A stretch of 64,000 nucleotides of DNA from an uncultured Phycisphaerales bacterium (GTDB taxonomy: Bacteria; Planctomycetota; Phycisphaerae; Sedimentisphaerales; Anaerohalosphaeraceae), in contig CALMLO010000006.1 of the NCBI GenBank assembly GCA_937868095.1, positions 1,791 to 65,790 on the forward strand. The letters are read 5' to 3'. Position 1 is the stretch's first letter. Each line of letters starts with the position of its first letter. A program made the position numbers and the translations under genes. This document shows, piece after piece, positions 36,531 through 46,238 of this stretch. Below the pieces are notes generated by a model, which worked only from the letters and a program-made list of their open reading frames with translations, had not been told where the DNA came from and did not search any database.

Positions 36531-39388
36531 GATTGAAAAGTTCTGTTCTATTCTGGAAAAACGGTTGCGAAAGAGCCGGATTTTTGAAATATTTGTACTG
36601 GTTTTCCGGTGTATTTTGTCTGGCTGTAATGGGCTGCCATTCCGGCTCTTCAGGCGGAGAGGCGGCGAGAGAAAGCGGGCTTTCTGTCCATTCCCTTCGA
36701 TGTGAATATTTGGACAATCCGTTGGGGCTGGATACTCAGGTGCCTCGGCTCAGCTGGGTGATTCATTCCGGCAAAAACGGCATCCGACAGTCTGCTTATC
36801 AAATTCTTGCTGCCTCTTGCCAGGAGAAACTCGATCGAGGTATAGGGGATCTTTGGGATAGCGGAAAAGTCCTTTCCGAACAGTCTGTTCATGTTAACTA
36901 TTCCGGCAATCCCCTGCGTTCGGGACAGGAATGTTTCTGGAAAGTTCGAATCTGGGACCAAAACGGGCGCAGGTCGGATTGGAGCGAGTCTGCTTACTGG
37001 ATGACGGGCCTTTTAGAGCCGGATGGCTGGAAGGCCCGATGGATTCAGATTCCTTCGCCTGCTGAAACCGCTGGCAGCCGGCAGCAGATTCAGGCCCTTT
37101 ATCCGCTGCCGATCTTTCGAAAAACCTTCTCCGTCAAATCTGACATTCAAAAGGCGTTTGTTTTTGTCTGCGGTCTGGGACATTATGAGTTATACTTGAA
37201 TGGCGGGAAGGTTGGCGACCATTTTCTTGACCCTCCATGGACTGTCTATGAAAAGACTGTCTACTATAACACCTTTGATATTACTGATTCTCTTCGGCAG
37301 GGCACTAATGCACTCGGGATGATGCTCGGCAAGGGCTTTTACAACACGCACGGCGACCGCCGCGTTCACGGTGTAAAGGTCTATCGACCGCTGAAACTTA
37401 TTCTGCAAGCCCATATCCTTTATAAAGATGGTTCCGAGCAAATCGTTGTCTCTGATGCCTCCTGGAAATGGACCAGGGGTCCCATCACCCACTGCGCTAT
37501 CCTTGGGGGAAGCAGTTATGATGCCCGCCTGCTTCCTTCCGGCTGGGCGGAGCCGGCGTTCGACGATACCCAGTGGCTGCCTGTAGAGGAAACGGTCGGC
37601 CCCGGCGGTCTCTTGAAAGGCATGCCGGCTCCTCCCATGAAAACCTTTTTGGTTTTCAAACCGCGAAGGATCGATGAACCGGAGCCGGGGTATTTCGTTT
37701 ATGATTTTGGCCAAAATGCCTCTTTTATTCCTAAAATTGTCCTTGCCGGTCCTGCCGGCTGTTCCGTCCGGCTGACGCCCGCTGAACAGCGCCGCGGCCA
37801 GACAGACAATGCCAACAATGGTAAAGGACGCGTCAATCAAGCCGGTATTGGTGCCGGCAACTATTGGGAATACACACTCCGCGGAGAGGGGCTTGAAACC
37901 TGGTCGCCTGCTTTTACCTATACAGGGTTTCAATATCTTGAGGTGAGCGGTGCTGTGCCCGAAGACCGTCCAAACCCGCAGCATCTTCCGGTAATCAAAG
38001 AGCTTCTGGCTGTTCAGGTCCGAAATGCCCCCTCTGCAGCGGGTACCTTTGCTTGTTCCAATCCCCTTTTTAATGAGATCAATCAACTTATTGATTGGTC
38101 GGTTCAAAGCAATATGGCTCATGTTTTGACCGATTGTCCCCATCGGGAAAAACTCGGCTGGCTTGAGCAGAGTTATCTGATGGGTCCGTCTATTCTCTGG
38201 AATTACGATGCGGCCGCCTTTTTTACAAAGATTATATGTGATATTCGCGACTCTCAGGATCCCAGCGGTCAGATTTTCACTGTTGCTCCCAACTACCCCT
38301 CTTTTGAGGGGGGCTTCCGCTACAGTCCGGAGTGGGGTGCCGCCGGAGTGTTTCTCCCCTGGCTGGTCTACCAATGGTATGGAGATATCCGGGTTCTGGA
38401 GGAAAACTACGATATGATGAAACGCTATGTCGATTGGATGCACTCCACCTCTGATGATCTGATTGCCGTCGCCGGTCTGGGGGATTGGTACGACTACGGC
38501 CACGGTCAATCCCTTGGGCCTTCGCGGTTTACTCCTAAGGCCCTCACTGCTGCGGCCACCTTCTTCGGCTGTACTCAAGTACTTGCCCGGACAGCCGCTC
38601 ATCTGGGCAAAATGGATGAGGCCCGCACCTATGGAGCTCTCTGTGCTAAAATTCAGGAGAGATTCAACCAAGAGTTCTTTGACGGCAGTGCGGTTTATCA
38701 AAACTTCGGCAGTCCGCAAACAGCCAATGCAATGGCTCTGGTCTTTTCCCTGCCTCCGCCGCAAACGCGACGGGCTGTCCTTCAGGCCATTCTTGATGAC
38801 CTGGAGAAACGCAATTGGCAGCAAACCGCCGGCGATATCGGTTTTCCTTATCTTGTAAAGGCCCTCAGCGATTTCGGCTGTTCGGATGTTCTCTGGCGCA
38901 TTACAAATCGAACCGAAGTCGGAAGCTACGGCGGTATTCTGAAACAGGGCTGGACGTGCCTGCCCGAGGCATGGGATGCTACGGTGACCTCTTCGATGAA
39001 TCATCTCATGCTCGGCCATATCCAGCAATGGTTTCAGCAAGATTTGGTTGGAATTCGTCCTCACCCTCAAGCCGCTGGTTTCAAGAAAATACTGGTTCGT
39101 CCGGAACCGGCAGGAGACTTAACTTGGTGCAGCGGTTCGCATCGGTCTTGCTACGGACTGATGGAAGTTTCTTGGTCCCGCAAGGCCGAAACCTTTCATC
39201 TTGAGATTTCAATCCCATGCAATACAACGGCAGAGGTATATTTGCCGGCAGATTCCCTCGAAAGTGTTTATCTGAACGGTCGGAAATTTTCCAATTCTCA
39301 ATACGCTGTTTTCAGGGAGTTGAAAGACGGCAGGGCGGTTTTTACCCTTCTGTCGGGACACTATACGTTCGGTTCCCGGCTGCCCTGA
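36527..39388 (+). CDS. GH78 alpha-L-rhamnosidase (probable lipoprotein)
   Basis: LRCEYLDNPLGLDTQVPRLSWV and FWKVRIWD are typical bacterial GH78 N-terminal motifs. Size is 953 aa, with the lipobox-like LAVMGC. Confidence 0.85.
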   Translation: MRLKSSVLFWKNGCERAGFLKYLYWFSGVFCLAVMGCHSGSSGGEAARESGLSVHSLRCEYLDNPLGLDTQVPRLSWVIHSGKNGIRQSAYQILAASCQEKLDRGIGDLWDSGKVLSEQSVHVNYSGNPLRSGQECFWKVRIWDQNGRRSDWSESAYWMTGLLEPDGWKARWIQIPSPAETAGSRQQIQALYPLPIFRKTFSVKSDIQKAFVFVCGLGHYELYLNGGKVGDHFLDPPWTVYEKTVYYNTFDITDSLRQGTNALGMMLGKGFYNTHGDRRVHGVKVYRPLKLILQAHILYKDGSEQIVVSDASWKWTRGPITHCAILGGSSYDARLLPSGWAEPAFDDTQWLPVEETVGPGGLLKGMPAPPMKTFLVFKPRRIDEPEPGYFVYDFGQNASFIPKIVLAGPAGCSVRLTPAEQRRGQTDNANNGKGRVNQAGIGAGNYWEYTLRGEGLETWSPAFTYTGFQYLEVSGAVPEDRPNPQHLPVIKELLAVQVRNAPSAAGTFACSNPLFNEINQLIDWSVQSNMAHVLTDCPHREKLGWLEQSYLMGPSILWNYDAAAFFTKIICDIRDSQDPSGQIFTVAPNYPSFEGGFRYSPEWGAAGVFLPWLVYQWYGDIRVLEENYDMMKRYVDWMHSTSDDLIAVAGLGDWYDYGHGQSLGPSRFTPKALTAAATFFGCTQVLARTAAHLGKMDEARTYGALCAKIQERFNQEFFDGSAVYQNFGSPQTANAMALVFSLPPPQTRRAVLQAILDDLEKRNWQQTAGDIGFPYLVKALSDFGCSDVLWRITNRTEVGSYGGILKQGWTCLPEAWDATVTSSMNHLMLGHIQQWFQQDLVGIRPHPQAAGFKKILVRPEPAGDLTWCSGSHRSCYGLMEVSWSRKAETFHLEISIPCNTTAEVYLPADSLESVYLNGRKFSNSQYAVFRELKDGRAVFTLLSGHYTFGSRLP

Positions 39389-39401
39389 ACTTCCTTGCTG
39401 T

Positions 39402-40043
39402 TCAGCGAAGCAGCAAGGGCTGTTTCTGCCGAAGCCATTGCGGCAGCTGCTCGCGGCGGACCTCTTTCCAGAGTCCCTGTTTGCTTTGCCTCGCCTCATC
39501 CATCAGTTTTTCATAGCGGGCTAACTGCGAATGCTCAAACCGCAGGTCTGCATATCCGCAGCCGTTTTTGATAATCTCTTCATTCAGAATCCGCCCATCG
39601 TCCATCTGAACATACGCCAGCAGCCTGCCGTACAAATCCCGCTGGTCCCCGATATGGTCCAGCAAAAGCATCACCTGGCCGCCTTCGATGAGTTCCTTGG
39701 TGTAAGCCGTCGCTTCAGGTCCAAAATACATTATCCCTGTTCTCGGATGTTTGGTTTCAGGTGTATCGACACCCAGTAAGCGTACTCGAACAAGTTCGCC
39801 TTCCTTCGTGCGGATGTCGAAGGTATCACCGTCAATAACTTCCGCTACGGCAAATCGCTGTTTATGATATTGGCGCTGTTCGGGACTGTAGAAAAAGGTC
39901 TGTTCGAGAGCCGACCGAAACCGCTCTCCCATCCGGTGATCCAGTACCCCCAGCAGAACAGGAACAACAAGAAAACACAGAATCAGCAGCCCATTTCGTC
40001 TGCGCCGGCTCATCGCATAGCGAATGCTTTTACGTCTGCCCAT
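39402..40043 (-). CDS. membrane-anchored staphylococcal-nuclease (SNase/thermonuclease)-like protein
   Basis: N-terminal TM helix, then VIDGDTFDIR..VRLLGVDTPETKHP..FGPEATAYTKEL..DRYGRLLAYV (SNase catalytic Arg/Glu/Arg contexts). Confidence 0.8.
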   Translation of the reverse strand: MGRRKSIRYAMSRRRRNGLLILCFLVVPVLLGVLDHRMGERFRSALEQTFFYSPEQRQYHKQRFAVAEVIDGDTFDIRTKEGELVRVRLLGVDTPETKHPRTGIMYFGPEATAYTKELIEGGQVMLLLDHIGDQRDLYGRLLAYVQMDDGRILNEEIIKNGCGYADLRFEHSQLARYEKLMDEARQSKQGLWKEVRREQLPQWLRQKQPLLLR

Positions 40044-40127
40044 TCCATTCCTTCCAGATGAACACCCGCTTCAGCCGACTGATATTACCGAAAAGAACCA
40101 AAGACGGCTATGGTTTCCTGGTGTTGA

Positions 40128-40168
40128 CAAACAAAAAAGTCTCTGCAAGTTTTTCCCTTGCAGAGACT
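40128..40168 (-). terminator. rho-independent terminator of tRNA-Asp
   Basis: Perfect 12-bp stem (plus strand AGTCTCTGCAAG 40138-40149 / CTTGCAGAGACT 40157-40168). On the minus strand it is followed by TTTTTGTTTG, and it begins 6 nt after the tRNA 3' end. Confidence 0.85.
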
Positions 40169-40174
40169 ATGACA

Positions 40175-40248
40175 CGAGGCCGAAGGGGCTCGAACCCTCA
40201 ACCTTCGGATCGACAGTCCGATGCTCTAACCAATTGAGCTACGGCCCC
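40175..40248 (-). tRNA. tRNA-Asp (anticodon GTC)
   Basis: The reverse complement is GGGGCCGTAGCTCAATTGGTTAGAGCATCGGACTGTCGATCCGAAGGTTGAGGGTTCGAGCCCCTTCGGCCTCG. It folds as a cloverleaf with anticodon stem TCGGA/TCCGA and loop CTGTCGA. CCA is not encoded. Confidence 0.85.
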
Positions 40249-40262
40249 AGGTTTAGACCCCT

Positions 40263-40289
40263 ATTATAGCAAAAATCTCTCTTTGTCAA
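40263..40289 (-). promoter_or_regulatory. sigma70-type promoter for tRNA-Asp
   Basis: The minus strand reads TTGACA-15 nt-TATAAT, with TG giving an extended -10 (TGCTATAAT). The -10 ends 14 nt before the tRNA 5' end. The spacer is short, at 15 nt. Confidence 0.55.
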
Positions 40290-40435
40290 TTGTTTTTGCG
40301 GATGAAAGATAAGATTTTTCATCCCGCATAACAGATAGACCTTGTCCAGATATGTCCCCTTGGGTTCACTTGCAGAAAACAAGTGATTCTGCTATGATGC
40401 CTCAAAATAAAATACAAAAAGCAAGGAGTAAACAA

Positions 40436-40993
40436 ATGGCCAAAACAGCACTTGTACCCATTGCAGACGGAATCGAGGAACTTGAAGCAGTAACAATAAT
40501 CGATGTACTCCGCAGAGGAGGGGTCCAGGTCACCGTTGCTTCGGTCCAAACCCTCCAGATTACTGCCTCCCGTTCTGTGAAGTTGCTGGCGGATTGTCTT
40601 ATAACCGATTGTCTGTCCAAAACCTTTGATTTGATTGCCTTGCCCGGCGGCCTGCCCGGTGCCGAACATTTGCGGGACTGCACGGCTCTTGCTGAAATGC
40701 TCAAAAAACAGAAAGTCGAGGGCCGATGGTTTGCTGCCGTTTGTGCATCGCCGGCCGTGGTATTGGCCTCCCACGGTTTGCTCAGCGACCGCCAGGCGAC
40801 CTGCTACCCCTCCATGCAGGAAAAGATTCCTCATTATAACCCGTTGCGGGTTGTAGTGGACAAAAACTGCATTACCAGCCAGGGCCCCGGCACAGCGTTA
40901 CCCTTTGCCCTTGAACTGCTTTCTTGCTTGCAGAGCTCGTCGGTAGCGGCAAAAGTGGCCTCTGCCATGCTTGTGGACTGGAAGCCCGTTTGA
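40436..40993 (+). CDS. DJ-1/PfpI (YajL/ThiJ) family protein
   Basis: AAGGAG RBS at 40423-40428. Motifs LVPIADGIEELEAVTIIDVLRRGG and the nucleophile-elbow context AAVCASPAVVLASHGLL. Confidence 0.85.
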   Translation: MAKTALVPIADGIEELEAVTIIDVLRRGGVQVTVASVQTLQITASRSVKLLADCLITDCLSKTFDLIALPGGLPGAEHLRDCTALAEMLKKQKVEGRWFAAVCASPAVVLASHGLLSDRQATCYPSMQEKIPHYNPLRVVVDKNCITSQGPGTALPFALELLSCLQSSSVAAKVASAMLVDWKPV

Positions 40994-41008
40994 AAGGCAC
41001 TTTACCCT

Positions 41009-41482
41009 CTAAAGAGCGAGAATATAGTAAAAGGCATTTCCATTCTGGCGAAAAATGCCTGTGGATAAATTGCCGTCATCAATTTTGGCGTCAATCTCTT
41101 CCATAAAGCCGGCATCTCGCGTCATATCCGAACCATCGAAACTGACACCGATGCAGGAGGTAAATCCGCTGGCGGTTTGGTCGGCTGTCTGCCAATAGCC
41201 GCCGATAGGGGTTTTTTTAATCCATTTCTTGGCTTCAATATATTCATCCCAGCCGGCGGGAATCTGGCCGGGGTCGGCACTTTCCAGGTATTCTCCTGTC
41301 TTAAACCGGTAATACTCTGCTGCCGACACAAATGTTCTCAAGCACGACACAAACGAGTTCTGCCGGGCCTCTGTGCTGGCGTTGTTGACGGAAATAATCA
41401 CCACCGCTGCCAGCAGCCCCAGAATCAAAACCACAATCAGAACTTCGACCAGGGTAAAACCGTCTCTGAATCGGGAGTTCAT
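41009..41482 (-). CDS. type II secretion/type IV pilin-like pseudopilin
   Basis: N-terminus RDGFTLVEVLIVVLILGLLAAVVI (prepilin cleavage/methylation motif). GGAGAG RBS, with the start at 41482 inside ORF 41009-41524. Confidence 0.8.
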   Translation of the reverse strand: MNSRFRDGFTLVEVLIVVLILGLLAAVVIISVNNASTEARQNSFVSCLRTFVSAAEYYRFKTGEYLESADPGQIPAGWDEYIEAKKWIKKTPIGGYWQTADQTASGFTSCIGVSFDGSDMTRDAGFMEEIDAKIDDGNLSTGIFRQNGNAFYYILAL

Positions 41483-41592
41483 AGGCGTCTCTCCAAATTC
41501 AAATTTTTCCGTTTTGGGACACAATCCTGTTTAAATAATAAAAAAAGATAGGCCGCTTTCCAAATCGGGCAGGTTTTAATATCGCTTCTGTC

Positions 41593-44472
41593 TCATAATA
41601 ACCCATCTGCTGAGGTTTCATTCAGCCGAATGACCTGCCGTTTCCCATCATATTGAACAATCCTGTCCGGCAGGGGGGTGATTTCGATTCCTGTGCCGTG
41701 ATTTTCTCGGACGATAATCAGCTGGAAGGTTCGCCTTTCAAGCATCCCCTCAAACGACCCCTTCCGATTTTCGATGGTCAGCGTTCCTGCGGAGTCGTTC
41801 CAGACAAACTCTATTTCAGCGTAGGCGCCTTTTTCATAGTTATAATTATCATTTTCATCTTCATAGAGCACAAAATGCCCGTCCGCACCGGGATAAATCC
41901 GGATTTCGAGCGGCTCAGCCGGTTTTTCCGCCGCATACTGCACAAATGGGCCCATCGGCACAATCGAACCGGCTCGTGCATAAAGAGGAATCCGTTCAAG
42001 CGGCGCATTGGCATCAATTATCTGACCGCCCTGGAAAGGTTTTCCGGTCCAGAAATCGACCCAGGTTGTCCCTGCCGGCAGATAAACAGCCCGCGTTTGC
42101 TTTCGCGGCTCTGTTTCCTTCTCCCGCTGGTGAATAGCAGGCGTTTTCCAGAACACCTGCGCCCGAAAAGCCCCAAGAACAGAATTAGAAGTCTCGAAAG
42201 CAAAATCATACTCCCGCCCGGCCTCCAACTCAACCGGTATAGTGTAAAACTCAACCGAGTGATAATTGCACGGCACCTCTTGCTCATCCAAAAACAGCCG
42301 TTTAGGCCCAAAACTTTTCATGTGAAATCGATGAAGTCCGCTTTGCGTTGGAACCAATTTGCCTTCCCATCGCATCGAAAACGTTTCATCATCAATAAAA
42401 TCCGGCCAGCCCGTGTACCAGAACAGATTGATAGTCGGCTCAATCTGTTCTCGGCAGACCTTCTGGAAATCAGCATCGCTGTAATAGGTTGCTTTCAGTC
42501 CTTGTTTTCCGTCCGGTGTGCGGAAATGTTCCGGGCCAATCAGCACGCTGTCCTCCGGCGGACGGTGCAGCATATACTCCGTTACCGGACAGACCAGCAG
42601 CGCCGGCCCAAACAGAAACTCATCATCAATCGAATAGGTTTTCCGGTCCCCGGCAAAATCCATCGGAAGCCCGCGCATCAGCGTATAGCCGTCGCGGGCA
42701 ATTCGCCAGGCCGATGAGTAAATATAAGGCAGCAGCCGATAACGAAGCTGATCAAACCGGAGCAGGATGGGAGAAAAATCACCGAATTCCCAGATTTCCC
42801 GAGGTGTTTCTGAACCGTGAGCGCGAAAAATCGGACAGAAGGCGCCAAACTGAAACATCCGTGTGTACAATTCCTGATAAGCCGGGTCTTTACCCCCGTT
42901 AGAAAAGACCCCTCCATAACTGCCGATTACAAATCCTCCGATATCGAATGTCCAGTAGGGAACCCCGGCCATGCAGTGATTCAGACCTGCCGAAATCTGC
43001 TTGCGGTAAATGTCCCAGCTGGCGCCGATGTCGCCCGACCAGGTTGTCGCTGCATTTCGCTGCTGGCCTGCGAATGTGGAACGAGTCAGAATATAGACCC
43101 GTTTTTGCTCGCTTTCCTTCCTTTGGTTCTGATAAATGGAATCCGTCATCACAAGGGAATAGGGATTGAGATAATGGGCAAAAGACCCCTTGCTGTTCTT
43201 TCCAATATAGTTCAGCCATGCCTCCGTACCTTCTTTCGTCAAGGCATTAATCACATCCGGTTCCGTCGAATCAATCCACCATCCGTCCAGTCCTTTGGAG
43301 TAAAGTCCCTCTTTCAGATATTTCCAGTAAATCGCATTGGCCTGCGGATTGTAGGCATCATAATACTTAAATCCGGCCCACCCGAACGGCGGATAAAGAA
43401 AGCCGTGTTGGTCCATTTCCTTAAAAATAGGGGTATCCGGCCCCAGCCCAGGCCAGATGGAAATGATCAAATGAATGTTCATCTGATGAAGCCGCTCGAC
43501 CATCTCTTTTGGATTCGGATAGCGGCTTTCGTCGAAGAACATCCCGCTCCAGTTATTGTTGCCGCCCCAGTAGTTCCAGTCCTGAATAAGATTGTCGATG
43601 GGGATTTGCCTCCTTCGATATTCGTCGGCGATGGCCAGCAGTTCCTGGCGGCTTTTATAGTGTTCCCTGCTTTGCCAGTATCCGTAGGCCCACTTGCCGT
43701 ACATCGGAGCAGGCCCGCTCAGATGCCGATAGCCCGCAATGACCTCATCGATGGTACGGCCGGCAATAAAGTAATAATCCACCTGTTCGCCCGCCTTCGA
43801 CCACAAGGACATCCCATCGGGCTTGTCGGTAAAGATGGTTTTGGAGTAGTTATCCCAAAGGATGCCATAGCCGGCTGTCGAAACCAGAAACGGGATAGCC
43901 GCCTCTGTATTCGACTGCACCAGCGTAACCGTTCGTCCCCGATAATTCATATATCCTTCCTGATGCTGACCCAGCCCGTACAACCCTTCCTCCGGCTGGA
44001 GACAGAACCGCTGCTCAATGCTGAACAAGCCGCTTTCGTAAGGAATCTCCGCAGGGGAAAGAACAGGGGGGCCCTGTTCCTTTAAAATCGTTTGCCCGGC
44101 GGCATTTTGGTATTCGAGCGTTCCATCCTTTTTCGATAGCCGAACCGTAATTTTCGAGGTACTTATCACAAATTGAAAAGCATCTTCCGCAAAGGACAGG
44201 TTTATCCTTTCCGGCTTCGGTGCCGTTATAATCAGACTGTCTTTGTCGGCAGTTCCTTCCGCTGTCCATTTGACCACCCGGACCTGATTATCCGCATAAA
44301 ATTGGACACGGGTAAAGGATTGACCGTCAGTCCATTCAACCCCATCCCCAAAAACGTTGACTTCGCTCGCGGAGGGCAAAGGAGTCATGGGCTTCCCGCA
44401 GGAGCAAAACAGAATGCCTGTTAAAAGAGATGCCGTAACAACAAGAGCGTTTTTAAGAAAATATCCCTTCAT
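41593..44472 (-). CDS. GH31 glycoside hydrolase (alpha-xylosidase/alpha-glucosidase type) with an inserted PA14 module
   Basis: GH31 motifs: IPIDNLIQDWNYW, GLDGWWIDSTEPD, LTRSTFAGQQR, TWSGDI. The PA14-like insert is LKATYYSDADFQ..FSMRWEGKLVPTQSGLHRFHMKSFGPKRLFLDEQEV. The start is at 44472 (MKGYFLKNALVV.., lipoprotein-like signal). Confidence 0.85.
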   Translation of the reverse strand: MKGYFLKNALVVTASLLTGILFCSCGKPMTPLPSASEVNVFGDGVEWTDGQSFTRVQFYADNQVRVVKWTAEGTADKDSLIITAPKPERINLSFAEDAFQFVISTSKITVRLSKKDGTLEYQNAAGQTILKEQGPPVLSPAEIPYESGLFSIEQRFCLQPEEGLYGLGQHQEGYMNYRGRTVTLVQSNTEAAIPFLVSTAGYGILWDNYSKTIFTDKPDGMSLWSKAGEQVDYYFIAGRTIDEVIAGYRHLSGPAPMYGKWAYGYWQSREHYKSRQELLAIADEYRRRQIPIDNLIQDWNYWGGNNNWSGMFFDESRYPNPKEMVERLHQMNIHLIISIWPGLGPDTPIFKEMDQHGFLYPPFGWAGFKYYDAYNPQANAIYWKYLKEGLYSKGLDGWWIDSTEPDVINALTKEGTEAWLNYIGKNSKGSFAHYLNPYSLVMTDSIYQNQRKESEQKRVYILTRSTFAGQQRNAATTWSGDIGASWDIYRKQISAGLNHCMAGVPYWTFDIGGFVIGSYGGVFSNGGKDPAYQELYTRMFQFGAFCPIFRAHGSETPREIWEFGDFSPILLRFDQLRYRLLPYIYSSAWRIARDGYTLMRGLPMDFAGDRKTYSIDDEFLFGPALLVCPVTEYMLHRPPEDSVLIGPEHFRTPDGKQGLKATYYSDADFQKVCREQIEPTINLFWYTGWPDFIDDETFSMRWEGKLVPTQSGLHRFHMKSFGPKRLFLDEQEVPCNYHSVEFYTIPVELEAGREYDFAFETSNSVLGAFRAQVFWKTPAIHQREKETEPRKQTRAVYLPAGTTWVDFWTGKPFQGGQIIDANAPLERIPLYARAGSIVPMGPFVQYAAEKPAEPLEIRIYPGADGHFVLYEDENDNYNYEKGAYAEIEFVWNDSAGTLTIENRKGSFEGMLERRTFQLIIVRENHGTGIEITPLPDRIVQYDGKRQVIRLNETSADGLL

Positions 44473-44609
44473 TGTTTCCCCCTTTTTTAGATTGCCTATT
44501 TTAACTATATCTTTTTGGGTTTGACGTTTCTGACACAATAATCTGCTTTTTTATTCACAGCCGCCGCGACCGTGTGTATAATAATACATAAAGCAAAGGA
44601 AGCAAACCG

Positions 44610-45179
44610 ATGGAATTGGCAAAAAAAACCATTTGGATTGTAGTTTTTTTGTTTGCCGTTTCCTGCAGGCCTAATGAACAAGCCCCATACCCTTCCGAGC
44701 AAGGAGGTCAAACAATGTCGTTCAAACTAACCAGCCCTGCTTTTGCTGATGGTCAGATGATTCCCTCCAAATACACAGCCGACGGAGATAATGTTTCCCC
44801 GCCGCTGGCGTGGGAGGGGCTGCCGCCAGGCACTCAAAGTCTCGCCCTGATCTGTGATGATCCGGATGCCCCGGTGGGAACCTGGGTTCACTGGCTCATG
44901 TGGAACATTCCGGCAACCCCGCCCTCCCTGCGGGAGAATGTGCCTCCGCAAAAGCAGCTCCCAAACGGCTCACGCCAGGGGGTAAATGATTTTGGGCGAA
45001 TTGGTTATGGAGGGCCGGCACCGCCCAGCGGAACCCACCGCTATTATTTCAGACTCTATGCGCTGGATACAATGCTCGATTTGCCGGCGGGTGCATCGCG
45101 AGGGCAGCTCGAAAAAGCCATGAAAGGACATATTCTCGGCCAGACGCAGCTGATGGGCAAATATTCCCGGCAGCGATGA
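44610..45179 (+). CDS. PEBP/YbhB/YbcL family protein (Raf-kinase-inhibitor-like), probably a lipoprotein
   Basis: Motifs DGDNVSPPLAW..LICDDPDAP..WVHWLMWNIP..GYGGPAPPSGTHRYYFRLYALD. The long form adds a signal peptide with lipobox FAVSC. An alternative start at ATG 44715 has a strong AAGGAGG RBS, so the start is uncertain. Confidence 0.8.
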   Translation: MELAKKTIWIVVFLFAVSCRPNEQAPYPSEQGGQTMSFKLTSPAFADGQMIPSKYTADGDNVSPPLAWEGLPPGTQSLALICDDPDAPVGTWVHWLMWNIPATPPSLRENVPPQKQLPNGSRQGVNDFGRIGYGGPAPPSGTHRYYFRLYALDTMLDLPAGASRGQLEKAMKGHILGQTQLMGKYSRQR

Positions 45180-45193
45180 GACGAACTGTTTTG

Positions 45194-46072
45194 TTAAACG
45201 CTTCGAATCCGCTGAACCGCAACGCCGGTATAAACGGACAGAATTATCAAATAGTCCAAATCCATCAGACTGTAATGAGAGTGTTTTGTCGAGTTTTCAA
45301 GATAGAAAATCCCAAAGCAGCTTTTTTGATAGAGTACCGGTGCAATCAGAACCGAACGGATTCCTCGATTGATAACCGAACGCGGAAGCTGATGAATCAG
45401 CAGATATTGCTGTTTCTGGAGGGCCTCTTCTAGACTGTTCGGTACAGCCAACTCGACCCGCTGGACGTTTACAGTGGTTACGTTGCGTCCTCCCTCGACC
45501 TCCATTGGGCCGCTTTCCTCACGCCGCAGAGAAATCCACACGTGGAGGGCGGTAAACTGCCGAAACAAAATCTCCTGCAGGACTTTATAAAGATTGCTTA
45601 GCGAATGCTCGCGGCAAATCTGATCAATCGCATCGGCCAGCTGTTTAATCCTTTTGGTCGGAAAACGAATCGGAGGTGCATCCGCCGCCTCCAGATTCCG
45701 CTCGACGGTATGCAGTTCTTTGCGGACTTGGACGCCTACCAGCGTTTCGTCTTTTTCACTGACCAGCGAGTTGGTCTCTGGGTCTTCTTCAAGTTGAACC
45801 CGGATCTGAAAATCGGCAATTTGAATTACATCGCCGCTTTTGATTTCCGCCTTATGGATGGCAGCTTGATTGAGAAAGGTCTTGTTGGCTGAACCGAGGT
45901 CTTCTAAAATCCAGGTCCCGTCTTTGGTGGTGTAGAAAACCGCATGCTGGCGGGATACGGCCGGGTCCAGCAGATATACCTGGCTTCCTTTCTGCCTGCC
46001 GACATAAATAGGCCCGCGGTCAAATCTCAGTTCGTTGACGCTGCTTCCGCTTAGACTAACGAACAGTTTCAT
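45194..46072 (-). CDS. FHA domain protein with a C-terminal GAF-like domain
   Basis: FHA motifs: IYVGRQKGSQVYLLDPAVSRQHAVFYT..WILEDLGSANKTFLN. The C-terminal half has a GAF-like pattern (IRSVLIAPVLYQKSCFGIFYLEN). Confidence 0.75.
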   Translation of the reverse strand: MKLFVSLSGSSVNELRFDRGPIYVGRQKGSQVYLLDPAVSRQHAVFYTTKDGTWILEDLGSANKTFLNQAAIHKAEIKSGDVIQIADFQIRVQLEEDPETNSLVSEKDETLVGVQVRKELHTVERNLEAADAPPIRFPTKRIKQLADAIDQICREHSLSNLYKVLQEILFRQFTALHVWISLRREESGPMEVEGGRNVTTVNVQRVELAVPNSLEEALQKQQYLLIHQLPRSVINRGIRSVLIAPVLYQKSCFGIFYLENSTKHSHYSLMDLDYLIILSVYTGVAVQRIRSV

Positions 46073-46159
46073 AACCGCTGCTCCTTGCCCGATTCCCCTT
46101 TATTATAGCAGCAGCTTCAAGTCCAGTCAATGCGTCCTTCGCATCTTTCGCATTTTCTA

Positions 46160-46187
46160 TTGTCAAAGATTTCAAAATGGCTACAAT
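46160..46187 (+). promoter_or_regulatory. candidate sigma70-type promoter for rsmD
   Basis: TTGTCA (46160-46165), 16-nt spacer, TACAAT (46182-46187). It lies 52 nt upstream of ATG 46239. Confidence 0.35.
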
Positions 46188-46238
46188 AAAAACCTGTTTA
46201 GGAAAATCAAAAATGGAAATCCTTCGCCGAGGTGGCGG

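Noticed and set aside
37190-39070. A 626-aa minus-strand ORF inside the GH78 gene.
   Set aside because: It is antisense to a gene with clear GH78 signatures, and its own translation has no family resemblance.
35419-40248. The segment bounded by tRNA-Ser and tRNA-Asp, and the ECF cassettes abutting tRNA-Ser, considered as a genomic island.
   Set aside because: There is no integrase or recombinase, no direct repeat of a tRNA 3' end and no phage or plasmid genes. The content matches the surrounding glycan-degradation theme.
41653-44085. Two long plus-strand ORFs (41653-42717 and 42817-44085) opposite the GH31 gene.
   Set aside because: The minus strand encodes a continuous GH31/PA14 protein with its catalytic motifs. 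The plus-strand products are low-complexity and Arg-rich.
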